From assembly GCF_009914755.1 (NCBI RefSeq), contig NC_060944.1: a stretch of DNA of 64,000 nt. One strand, given 5' to 3'. This DNA comes from the human T2T-CHM13v2.0 reference genome, Homo sapiens. The notes beneath the pieces were generated by a model. It was not told the origin of the DNA. It did no database searches and worked only from the letters and a program-made list of their open reading frames with translations. The position numbers were made by a program, and so were the translations under genes. Position 1 is the stretch's first letter. The number at the start of each line of letters is the position of its first letter. Positions 12,843 to 24,173 of this stretch are shown piece after piece.

Positions 12843-14194
12843 AGTTATACATATGCCTTGCTGATGCTGTTGTTGAAGAGAGAGGAAGATTTTTGGTAGT
12901 AAACAAGGAAAGATGAAATGAAGGGAGGGATGGCAAGGGGTGGTTCCCTGCCCAGCCTCTGAGACTGCTTAAAATTCCCAGGGGGAGAGCCAGAGACAAA
13001 AGGCAATAGAACTTGTTTACACAAGGTGTTTTGAGATGCTGAGCACAAGCATCCATACTTCAAGGTCCAGGCAAAGAGGTGCAGCACAGAATAGGGGAGC
13101 AAGGCATCCTGTTCTGCTCCGGCACCTTGGGAATCAGGGTTTGGGCAGCTCTGGGAGGAGGGATTTACAAGAGTGTGCTCACGGAGGGCACTGATATTGA
13201 TGGCCAAGGACCATGACAAGGGCCTGCAATAGAACATGGGAATATTTGTGCCTTTACATCTGTAAAACACCAGCTGGGAACATTCCAAAATAGTGGGAGG
13301 AGATGAGGGAGGACCTGTGTCCCTGCATCGCCAGGTGCAGCCTTGGAGCTGGGACAGGTATATGATGTGAGTATGTCCTCATCGTGTTCATAGTCACGGG
13401 TGTTTGGGGAGGGTAATAGAAGGTTAAAGATACAGTCACAATCATAGCCATTTTTGGTAAATTGCAGTGGCAGTCATGTCTGTGTGTATGTGGCTAAAAA
13501 GTGAAAGACAAAAGTTGAGTGGGTGAGTGTGTAAGACTGACATTTATACCAAGTACCTGAGTCATTCTGAAGCAGGTGGCCTACCACATGGCCTTGTTGA
13601 TTAAAAAAAAAAGACCACTCTTCCATGACATGTCTGCTACACTGAGAATCCTGTCATTTCTGTGGCTGGGATTTGAATCTCAGCAGGAGAAGAGGAGTTG
13701 GGAATTTTTAACTGAAAAGAGGCCATATGGCTTCAGTGTTTCAATATGGAAGATGTCTCCTAGAGACATCCTGGGGACATTGTAGCAGTCCTGGACCTCT
13801 CCAGAAGGTGGTCACCATTTCATGGCATGATTTTTTAACAACATTCACAGGAAATTTATAATTCCTTCAAGGAAAATTATGAGACTTCTAAATGCTACTG
13901 TGTCCAATATATTTTTATCATTCAAAAAAGATTTTTTCTCATTTAGCAAAATGCATGTTGACTTTTGAAAAATCAAAGAAAAATTTGAATAAGCAAATAA
14001 GATAAAATCCCTTTACATCTTAACACTCAGATATATCCAATATTAATAGTATATATACATAAAAGACACAAAATAATAAATCATAAGTGCCTGCATTTCT
14101 CCCCTCCTTTTCTGAGAAGGGATGTCTTTATTATTCTGGGTAGAGAGATTGGTGGAAAAGAAATCTGGACAAGCTGAGAGAGACCAAGTTGATC

Positions 14195-14380
14195 TATACA
14201 GGAAAGGGCATGGAGATACCAGAAGGAAGAAAAATAGGGAAGGGGAGGAATTTGGAAGAGAAGGGGGAGGGGGTGCAGGGATAGAGAAGAGGAGAAGGAA
14301 GAGAAGAGAGTAGTGAGGAAGAAAGGCAGAAAAGCTGGGAGTTTTGGGGAATGGGAAAGATCAAAAAGAGAATAGGAGGA
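14195..14380. repeat. GA-rich low-complexity tract
   Basis: Strongly purine-biased plus strand. Confidence 0.75.
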
Positions 14381-14455
14381 TATCCCAATAGATGTAGTAC
14401 TGAGTAGAATTTTAAGGAAAATATGGCAAAATGTGATTATTAAAGAAATATTTGT

Positions 14456-14808
<353 letters not shown>

Positions 14809-14869
14809 TTACCCTTCAGTTCTGGCTTGATGATTGGAGTTGTATTAAAGCCTGAAGATGACCCAGTAT

Positions 14870-15230
14870 TATGACCTGCCATTTTTTACTTAACAACATG
14901 TGTAGAACATAACCTTTAATGGTTACATAACATTCCACTGCATGAAAGAATGTACTATAATTTATTTAATTCATTCCTCATTGGTGATTGGGATTATTTC
15001 TTTTTTTTTGGTATGATTCTAAGCAATATACCAATGATGAATAACCTTATAAAAAATCTTCATGCACATGTATGATGATTTACGTATAGGATGACTTCCT
15101 TTGGATACATTTCTTAAAGTGGATTTACTGAGCCAAAGGATTATAAAATATTATAGCTTTTAATACTCATTGCTGGACTGTCTTACAGAAAACTTAACTA
15201 ACTCTTCTCCCATTGTGAGTATAGCTCCTC
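14870..15230 (-). mobile_element. Old L1M (L1ME-like) fragment
   Basis: cattccactgcatga...taatttatttaa...ttcctttggatacatttcttaaagtggatttactgagccaaagg. Confidence 0.75.
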
Positions 15231-15289
15231 ATCTATTGATTCTAAACCATCTTCCTTTGCATTGTAACAATATCCTGAGAGTAAGTCAG

Positions 15290-15495
15290 CCAGAATGTAA
15301 GCTCCGGAAAGGCAGCAGTTCTCTCTGACTTTACATAACATGGACGGGAGCTCAATACACACCTTTGAATGAATGAATGATTGACGTGCTGGGTGGCTGG
15401 CTGGCTGGGATTGGAGTACTCAAGGGCAGGGTTTCTATTTATCCGAAGCCCTCTAATGTCTGGTACACTGCCAGGCACAAAGTAGGTATCTAATG
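15290..15495 (+). mobile_element. L2 3' end fragments
   Basis: agaatgtaagctccggaaaggcag...tgaatgaatgaatga; caagggcagggttt...tgccaggcacaaagtaggta. Confidence 0.6.
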
Positions 15496-15938
15496 CTAAT
15501 ACTCTCAGGAAGTTGGTTTTGGTCCAGCTATATTGCCATCTGGGAGTCAGTAATACTTTTTAATCTAAGAAAGTGGATGGTTGACTTGAAAATGTCTGAA
15601 TTCAGAAGAAGTCTACTGCCCCAAGAATGGGTTATATTTCCTGGAGGATTGTCTACCAATATTTAGTACAGCATCCATGCTAATGACTTCTGTTGATAAG
15701 TTTCTCTTGGGGTAGGCCCAATCTGAGTAAATCTTTGCTGTCTTCAGATAACAGACCAAGCAACCTCTTGGACATTGCTTTAAAATTCTGTGTTGTGAAG
15801 ATTGAAGGACAGAACGGATGGGAGGCAACTAGCGCAGTGCCTGGCACAGAGTTGCCCCTCAAAAATGGTGCCTGTTACTGTGAGTAAGTCCATCACTCAT
15901 CAGTGTTGCCTGGCCTCATCCATTTAAGAATAAAGTGA

Positions 15939-16945
15939 GGCTGCGTGTGGTGGCTCATGCCTATAATCCCAGCATTTGGGAGGCCAAGACAGAAGGATCG
16001 CTTGAGGCCAGGAGTTTGAGACCAATCTGGGCAACATAGGGAGATCCCGTCCCTACAAAAAATAGAAAACTTGGCTGGATGTGGTGGTGCATGCCTGTAG
16101 TCCTAGTTGCTTGGGAGGCTGAGGTTGGAGGATCTCTTGAGCCCAGGAAATCAAGGCTACTGTGATCCATGACTGTGTTACAGTAGGTAGCTAGTCAGTC
16201 ATGAGCCCAGCAGGAGAGGGCTCCCGCCACCACCAGGAATGTCAGGTGACCATCAGGTGATGATCAGGCGGTTGTTACATTGTTTCTCCAAAGTAATAAT
16301 TGGTCACAGCCAGCACCAGGGAAAAGCAGTCTCCCAATAGATAGAAAAACATAAAACTGGTGATCAGCAGCTTCTGGATAAGATCTCAGGAGCTGGGCGA
16401 GTGGGCTCATGCATGCACACTAAGAGGCAAAATGGTAGAGCTTAACTGGTATAACCTTTCTCTAGAAACACTGTTAAGGGAACACCTCAAGTGAGCATAC
16501 ACACAACTTCAGTAAACACACTACACATGAGGCCCCTCCAAAGTGCTGGAAGGCCACTGTGCATGCTTACATCCCACCCCAAGGGAAGAATCAGGGGAGA
16601 AGTAAGGCAAGAGCCAGAAGGATGCCAACACATAAAACCCCAAGTCCAAAGGTCAAACCATGATCTCTCATGTTACCCACTTGGCTCTCTTTCAAGTGTA
16701 CTTTATTTCTTTTCATTCCTGCCAGAAAACTTTTTAATAAACTTTCACTCCTGCTCTAAAACTTGCTTTGTTCTCTCCTTCTGCCTTATGCGCCTCATTT
16801 GAATTCTTTCTTCTGAGGAGGCAAGAATCGAGGTTGCTGCAGACCTGTAGGGATTCACCACCAGTAACAATTGCGCCACTGCACTCCATCCTGGGCGACA
16901 GAGCAAGGCCATTCCTGTCTCTTAATAAAATAAATAAAATAAAAA
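15939..16945 (+). mobile_element. AluJ split by a MER50 LTR (15939-16175 and 16870-16945)
   Basis: Right arm breaks at gatccatgactg and resumes attgcgccactgcactcc. Confidence 0.93.
16176..16869 (+). mobile_element. ERV1 solo LTR, MER50-family (694 bp)
   Basis: TGTTACAGTAGGTAGCTAG...ccagtaaCA termini; 4-bp TSD actg/attg; TATA-like cataaaa near 16631 and aataaa near 16736. Confidence 0.88.
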
Positions 16946-17099
16946 TAATGAAACAGCAAATACCTCACATTTTGTTAGCTTTTGAGTTTATTTCTCCCTA
17001 TGCTGCTACGAGTTAGTTAGTTTGTATCTTTTCCATTTTACTATTCAGGAAACTGGGGTTTGGAGAGGAAAGGCGACATTTCTGCCATCTCACAATGGT

Positions 17100-18120
17100 T
17101 AGCGGTCCGTTTGACTCAAGGAATGTGCGCAGCATCAGTTTTAGTCACTGTGTAAATTCCACCTTGAGTGTAGCTGCCCTTTTGACCAGTCAGTGGAGAT
17201 GAAGCACAGAGCCGCCTCTCTCTCTTGGGCACTGCTGGTTGCCTGGTGCTTGTTATGTCCTTGATGAAGGTGGAAGCCATTTTCATCACAGCCGCCTTTC
17301 TGACATCCAGGCAGGTAGAGGCCAACTGTGTTTAAGAAGCTCCACTGAGGTCAGACAGACAAGCTGTGATCGCTCAGGTCAGACACTGTCTGTAAAAAGG
17401 AAGGCAACTCCTAAGAATTCTCTCGCCAACATGAGGAGAAGGTCCTGTGTAGAAAGCACAGTAGTCAAGGTTCGTTACATCAGGTTGAAAGTGAAATGCT
17501 TATATTGAAAATAAAACCGACTGGGAAAGGCCAAGTTTTTTAACTTTGGTTGACTCAAGGTGTGGACCTGGCACTTTATTTGGCCTGGGTTTATGCAGTT
17601 TTTAGTCAACTCCTCAGCTGAAGGAATACAGTGAGTTCCTATGGCTGGGCACAAACACTTGTTCTTCCCTTTCAAGCCCCTTCACTTGATTCTCTTTCCG
17701 TGTTTTCCCAGCTTTGCCAGCAGCAATGGAATAGTGAATTTGCTCAAGTTGATTGCTTTTCCTTTTGGATGGGGGAGTTTTTGATCTTGGGATCTTCATC
17801 GTGAACCAGACCTCAAAGTCTAAATAGCAGCTGTCTATGCCCTGGTGTGAGGGATAAAAGCTGGTGCTTGGAGCAAAGGCTTTTCTTTTATTCTGTCAAC
17901 ACTCAGCTCTCCATTGCTCTGGACGGGGACTGTGTCTGGTGCCACCGACTTACCTAGAGGATGGTTAGGTGGACAGGACTGAGCAGGCTGGGAGGAGAGG
18001 CAGGCGTGTGTACGTGTGCGGGCACACACATCACAGACATCGCAGGGAGCGGTTTCCTTTTCATAACTCTTCAAACTTGATTTGTGTGTGCGTCTAAACA
18101 GATGCCTGAAAGAAGACATC
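17100..18120. promoter_or_regulatory. Candidate enhancer/promoter block
   Basis: Repeat-poor; AP-1 TGACTCA at 17112 and 17551; ISRE-like GAAAGTGAAA 17487-17496; CAGCTG E-boxes; local CpG retention near 17930-18095. Confidence 0.35.
17954..17987 (-). other. Candidate 34-nt microexon (or 3' part of a first exon)
   Basis: ctgcctctcctcccag|CCTGCTCAGTCCTGTCCACCTAACCATCCTCTAG|gtaagt. Confidence 0.35.
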
Positions 18121-18164
18121 TGTGTGGCAGACACTGTGCTTGCAGGCTTCTCAAGGGCATGACA

Positions 18165-18315
18165 GGGTGCTCGATTCTTGACCAGCCATGTGACTTTGAG
18201 TGAATCATTTAAGCACATGGAACTTCATTTCTTAAGTGCAAAGTGAAGGCCAATGGTATCCTAGGTAATGTTAATATATTTAAAAGGGCCCAGCACATAG
18301 TGAACACGTAATAAA
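18165..18315 (+). mobile_element. MIR fragment
   Basis: accagccatgtgactttgagtgaatcatttaa...cttcatttcttaagtgcaaagtg. Confidence 0.65.
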
Positions 18316-19176
18316 CTCCCAATTCCATCTTAATTCCTTCAACCTTAATTTTTATTCAAATGCTCTGGATTACCTAACACAGATGCCCTTTAGGCAGCTG
18401 ATTGTAAGGACAGTCACTGCAATTTGTGCTGGGTTGAATTGATGCCGCTTCTAAGGCATTCAAGGTCATCTTCTTAGGAAGTCTAAGAGACAAATCTCAG
18501 ACAGTGTTCATTCTTTTCCAGATGGAAAATGGAAAAATGTGGTTAAGCATCCAAATGTTTGGTCTATAAAACACTGAAAACATTCAGACATTTGGTATTG
18601 GGAGAATAAGGTGCCATCTAAGCATGTGAGTGTCATAAAGTCAACTGGCCCTGCCATTGGGATCTTTGGCCTTAATCCAGTTGCCTAGGAGAAATAACCC
18701 TGGCTTTGTGGTTTAACTCATTTTTTTTCCTCTTCTTTAGGAAAATTTGAATTTTTATCCTCACTCCAGAAGGTTAAAAAGAAGATTGCTCTGAAATTAG
18801 TTGATTTGCAGGGGCTGGCTAAGATTCTTATAAATTATAAAAAAGATGACTTTATAAGGATTCAGATTTGGATGTTGGCTCCTTATTTCAACCAAACTTG
18901 TTCCAAAGGAAATTCTGAATTTACCTTAAAGAAAAAAGAAAATAAATTATTTGTTTTCAAGATTAGTTTTTTTAAAGCCAGGTCTTATTTAGTTCTTTCA
19001 CCTACATGTTAACCCAAAAAACATTTTTCATATTCCTTAGAATATGGGTTTATTTTCAATGCTGTTTGCAAATGGATGCCATAATGTTAAATATTTCCCT
19101 TAAAAAAATGAAAGTCTTGCCACCAATGTTTCCTGCACCCATGGAGGAAGAAAGGGTGTTGGGCATATGAGATCCA

Positions 19177-19629
19177 TGTGTCTAGGGTAGATTTGCTTAC
19201 ATCAATGGCCTCAGTTGACTCCTGGCTCAGCCATGTGGCTTGATTTGGCAGTGGGATGTTAGCACATGTGATGTGTGACATGTAAGTTTGAACAATGCTT
19301 CTATGTTGGGGCTTGTTCTCCTACTGCTCTTGTAATAACCTGGAGAACATGCTTGAGCTAGCTTGTTTGGATTGTTACACATGAAACAGAGTCCCATTTT
19401 TCCCTGATCCCAGCCAAGGCCATCATGAACCAGCTGACAGACCTGAGCGCCTCACTGAGAATAGCCCCAAACCTATGGCTAACCAACTGCATGGGGAGGA
19501 CTGACCAAAACCAGCAGAAGGCCCAGGTGATCCACAAACTCAGGAGCAATGAGAAATAGCTGTTGTCAGCTCCTGACTTTTAGGGTGTTTTGTTACAGAG
19601 CATGATTGTGGTCATTGGCAACTGATACA
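19177..19629 (+). mobile_element. MLT1 LTR
   Basis: agccatgtggcttgatttggcagtgggatgttagca...ttttagggtgttttgttacagagca...caactgataca. Confidence 0.85.
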
Positions 19630-21039
19630 TTGCTGTGTACACTGCCCTGCGCTCTGAAATCAAATGGACCTGCTTCACCCTAGCTTCGTAACATACTACA
19701 AGGAGCATGCCGCCTAATCTCTTTGATTGCCACTTTCCCCACCTGAATTATGAAGAAAACAGTTCCTATAAGGCAGGATGGTTGAGCAAGTAGATATTAA
19801 TTATCACTGGACAATTAATAAATAGCCCCCTTAATAAGGAGGCTGCTATTGCCCTGCCTTCTTCTTTATGGGTAGCAAATGGAGAGAGTGAGGCAGCTGA
19901 TGTCTTGTTGCACCAGCATGGATTTTATAGACCCTTTTGTTCAAAGTCCTTGGGTTTCAGAGACTCACTCAGAGGGAAAGTCCTGGGATATCGTGCTTGG
20001 AAAACAGTATGAATTTTACTGCCAAGAAATAACCTTTGAATCTGAATTTTGGCCTTAGTTTTCATTTTTTATATTGAAGTGAGGATCAAGTAGAGACCAA
20101 AGAAACCTAGAGACATTTCCAGACTGAGTTAATCTCTTTAATCCTGAACTTTTGGATACCCAGGCAGGACCAGTTCATTGTCTCTTAAGCAAAGACATGT
20201 GAGTCGGATATAGAGAATAACAGAGTTTCAGAAGATAAATTCCACTGCCTCAATAGGTTTTTTGAAATAGATATGAGGAATTGATCATCTGGGGCGCAAT
20301 GCTTGGTTGATGGAATTGCGGAACTGTCCTTTTGGGTTGGGTCTGTGTTTGCATTCCAGGCTAAGAGTTAAGAGAGCTGATCATGAGAAATACAGTTATG
20401 TTTCTACTACATCCCACCATGTTTCCATGCTATGGGGCCTCTTCATTCCAAAAGTCTTGTTCAACAGAAGTCTCAACTCTTCAACTTCCCACAGAATTCA
20501 ATCAGTGTCAGAGCATGGCTGAACACAGACGCTTATTGAATGGCTGTTGGATGAATAAATGAGGGTATAAATGAATGAATTCATCCTTGCCATGAAATGG
20601 TAGTCTTTGTAAACAGAGGAGACCATTGATTAAGCATGGTAAGACTCTTAGGATGTGCACACAGAAAGGCACTTTAGGAAGCACTTTGTTCAATTCTCTC
20701 ATCGAGGAGGAAAAAGTCTTGGACAGATGAAAGAGCTTGTCCTGGGTCACCCAGGCGATAATGTGCAGACTTAGAGAGGGGCCCAGGGCAGGAATCCAGC
20801 TCTCCCATCTGCTATGCCAGGATTTCTCCTGCTCTGGCCTGCTGGTTCCTCACCCAAGATTCCCTTCTTATATGCCAAGTTACAATGTATAGCCCAGGTG
20901 GTGGGAGGGGCTGGTCCCACATGCCTAGCATTTTAACTTTAATGTGTGTACTGTTACCTTTGGGAAGTTCTTTAAATTATCAGAATTTTCCTAAAGTCCT
21001 GCATTTTACCTATATACGTACACACAAGTGTGTGTATAG

Positions 21040-21365
21040 TATATACATATATATTATGTGTGTACATGAATAAGTATATAATATATACATATATTATATA
21101 TTGTATACATATAAGTATATAATATATACATATATTATATATTGTATACATATAAGTATATAATATATACATATATTATATATTGTATACATATAAGTAT
21201 ATAATATATACATATATTAGATATACATATATGTATATATTATATATAATATATGTAACATATATACATACGTGCACATATGCTATATATGTATATACTA
21301 TATATGCTGTACACATATATGTATATATTATTTATAATTTATATATGTATATATTTATATAATAT
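21040..21365. repeat. AT-rich region with a 41-bp minisatellite (21071-21219, about 3.6 copies)
   Basis: Unit taagtatataatatatacatatattatatattgtatacata starts at 21071, 21112, 21153 and 21194. Confidence 0.95.
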
Positions 21366-21505
21366 CCAATCATTGTACAAAATAACTTTCTGCAGCCATT
21401 AAGCTATAACCATCACACTGGGGCTTCATCGTTTCCATAGCAACTAATGTACTGCAAAGTGAGGAGCCCAGAGAGGAACTTGGTAGAGGATTAAAAACTA
21501 TACCA

Positions 21506-21681
21506 AATGGGGATGGTTGATGGCTACAGAAAAATAGAATATAATACCTAGTATTTGCTAGCACAACAGGGTGACTACAGCCAAAAATAATTTAATCATA
21601 CATTTAAAAATAATTAATATAATTGGATTGTTTGTAATACAAAGTATAAATGCTTGAGGTGATGGATAAAAACAAAAAAAA
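21506..21681 (+). mobile_element. L1MA2/3-like 3' UTR fragment
   Basis: tagcacaacagggtgactacag...aattggattgtttgtaatacaaag...tgcttgaggtgatggata then A-tail; TSD aaaactatacca/aaaactacacca. Confidence 0.85.
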
Positions 21682-22446
21682 TGACCCACCCTGACAAAAC
21701 TACACCATATATGAGCATCAGTAAAACGTGCCATTGGATGGGGTGAAGGAGTGGCTCATAAACTTTTAAATTGATGCCTGCTTAGGAAATCTCTGCCTAT
21801 CTGACTCAAGGCTTTGCTATTTATAAGCAGTCAAAATTCTAGCATTCCTAGGCATTGCGTCCTCTCTACTGATGGTGCAGAGGTGTTGAGAAGCTGTTTG
21901 CTGTCTGTTCCTCACAGAGGCATTGAACTGAAATATTGAGGTTTCCAATTTTTTATATGTGTGGAGACTTCAAGGACTACAGGAGGTTCCAACTTTCTAC
22001 CACTGGCACTTACTTGCTAAATCAGCCTTGCAAATTAGCACCTGCCCACATGCCTGGTGCTTGTTAGAAAGCTGGCCAGACTAGCAGATAAATGAGCTAG
22101 TGAACCACTAAGGGCTTTAAGGAGCTGGGCTTCTGGCCCAATCACAACTTCTTTCTTCTTTTCCCTGCTTTGTTTTGATTATTTTATTCTTTGATCGCCT
22201 TTCTTTTTCACTTTTGTTTCCCCCTTCCCCTGTTTTTTCTTTGCTGTGCATGCTTCTAGTACTCATCTTCCTACAACCCCTTACTTTTGTCTGGGTTGCC
22301 CATATGGTTATTCTCCCTGGTATTTTATTGTTGCAGCACTTGCTTTCTCCTTCCTCCCACATCATGGACTCCTGAAGGACAGAAGCTCTGCTTCCTCCCA
22401 GCTCCTAGGACTGGGAATAAGGTGTGCCTAATTAATGAGCCTAGGT

Positions 22447-22620
22447 CAGTGGTCTTTCTATTTTAACATGCACTGGAATCTCGTGGGTTGCTGGGCTCCA
22501 CCCCCAGGAACTTCTGATTTGGTAAGTCTAGGCAGAGATGAGGACTGAGAATTTGAATTTCTAATCGGTTTCCAGGTGATGCTGATGCTGTTGGCCAGAG
22601 GTCACACTTTAAGAACCAGG
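22447..22620. mobile_element. MER5A (hAT-Charlie MITE)
   Basis: ctgagaatttgaatttctaa...ccaggtgatgctgatgctgttggcc...cacactttaagaacca. Confidence 0.85.
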
Positions 22621-23529
22621 ATCCTAAGTCAAGCATGAACCCTTGATCAAATGACATCTTGTGGTTTATTCCTCTAGCGTTTCTTGCTCTCTTTCTTTTT
22701 TTTCTTTAGTAGAATTGGCATCTTGCTGCACACACAGTTTTGTATTCTGTTGGTTTAACCTCTCATACCCATGGGAATATTTCCCTGTGGTGAATATTCT
22801 CTAAGTCCAGGTGCAGACCAGCTCTGAAAAGCTAAATCTCACTTGAGGGCAGTGTTAATGGAAAAAAAGGGTTTTGCTTTCTCTGAACAAAGTGGAAGAA
22901 TTTATGGTAAGTGGGACCAAGAGTTCCAGCTGAAAAAGCCACGCTTGTCTTACGCTGGTGACACTCAGCTGAGCTCAGGGCAAGGCACAGCCCCTCTTGA
23001 TGGCTGGAATGTGCTCCAGCTGAATGCCTTGCTGCGGGGATGAGCTTAGCTACCTGTGAGGACAGCCAGAGCCCAAGATGCAGCCAGCAGACGCCCATCA
23101 AGGGAGCGCTTTCTGCAGTTAGGGTGGGCAGGGTCAGCCTGGATCCTCCAACCCCTGTTCTTGGAGCCTGGAGGAGCTGGAGGGTAGCCTCCCATGCCGA
23201 AGTTCAGGCAGAAGCACAGATATGTGGATGTGAATATAAGGAACTCCTCCTTGGATTTCAAAGTACATCCACAGGGGATGGGTGTTTCTGCATGAAGAAA
23301 GTCCTGGAAGAGTCTCACCTCCATTTTCTGTGTGGTTTTTGATAATAAGCATATGATTTTTAAGGAGATGTCCTGCCTTTGAAAGACAGCCTCATGGCAT
23401 CCCCAACGACACGGATGGGTCCAAAAGTGCTCATGTCTGATTTCAGCCACTCCGAGGGGGACAGTCCATCCAAGCAGCAGGAGTGTAAGGGCAACCCAGA
23501 CGTGTGTGCATGCGTGCCTGCACATATGT

Positions 23530-23815
23530 GTGGGGAGTTAATGCCCTGGGGCAACTCTCTTTCAAGGAGGTCCAGAGCTAGTGATAAATACCCAGCTGCC
23601 TTTCCTTCAGGCAGATACTTCTGGGGGTACTGTGTACATTTCCCAGTGGAGCTGAACCCCTGTTGCTCAGCAGAGACCTCAGTAATGCACCCTTTCAGGG
23701 GAGTGTCTCTTCTCCCCTGTCTCAGATTTTTTGCAATCACTCTCCTAAAGAAATTACCTGTATCCAAGTCCTTATCTGAAAAGTCCTTAGTTTTGGGAGA
23801 GTCCAAACTGAGAGG
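23530..23815 (+). mobile_element. ERVL LTR16-family fragment
   Basis: ggggagttaatgccctggggcaac...ataaatacccagct...tccaagtccttatctg...gggagagtccaaactgaga. Confidence 0.7.
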
Positions 23816-23967
23816 GGTGACATGATTTGCTTGGTCTCTTCTGGGTGACCATAGGATGGCAAACCGCCATGACCCTCCATTCTATGGGGCCATCAGCAGA
23901 TCTCCAGACATATCCCTGAACCGCACAAAATGTACTGATTGAGAGAAGAGGGCACCAAATGTTAGGA

Positions 23968-24173
23968 CAATGGTTTGAACTGGGTTTTATGGGAACCTAG
24001 AGGTCCATACAAGGGTTGAAGGGCTGCTGTAGGGTTGGGGAGGAGAGTGGACAACGAAGACCCCGGCATCAACCACAGCAGCTCTTTGTTATCTATTTGT
24101 GCTGTGGGATTACTAAGAAAGAAGCTTTAAAAAACACATGATTTTGCTGCTAAGAAATGTCCCAGAGCCCCTG
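23968..24173. mobile_element. MER112-like hAT MITE
   Basis: caatggtttgaactgggttttatgggaacctag...tcaaccacagcagctctttgttatct...gctgctaagaaa. Confidence 0.55.

Noticed and set aside
21071-21219. CRISPR-like array
   Set aside because: Head-to-tail units without spacers in eukaryotic DNA; it is a minisatellite
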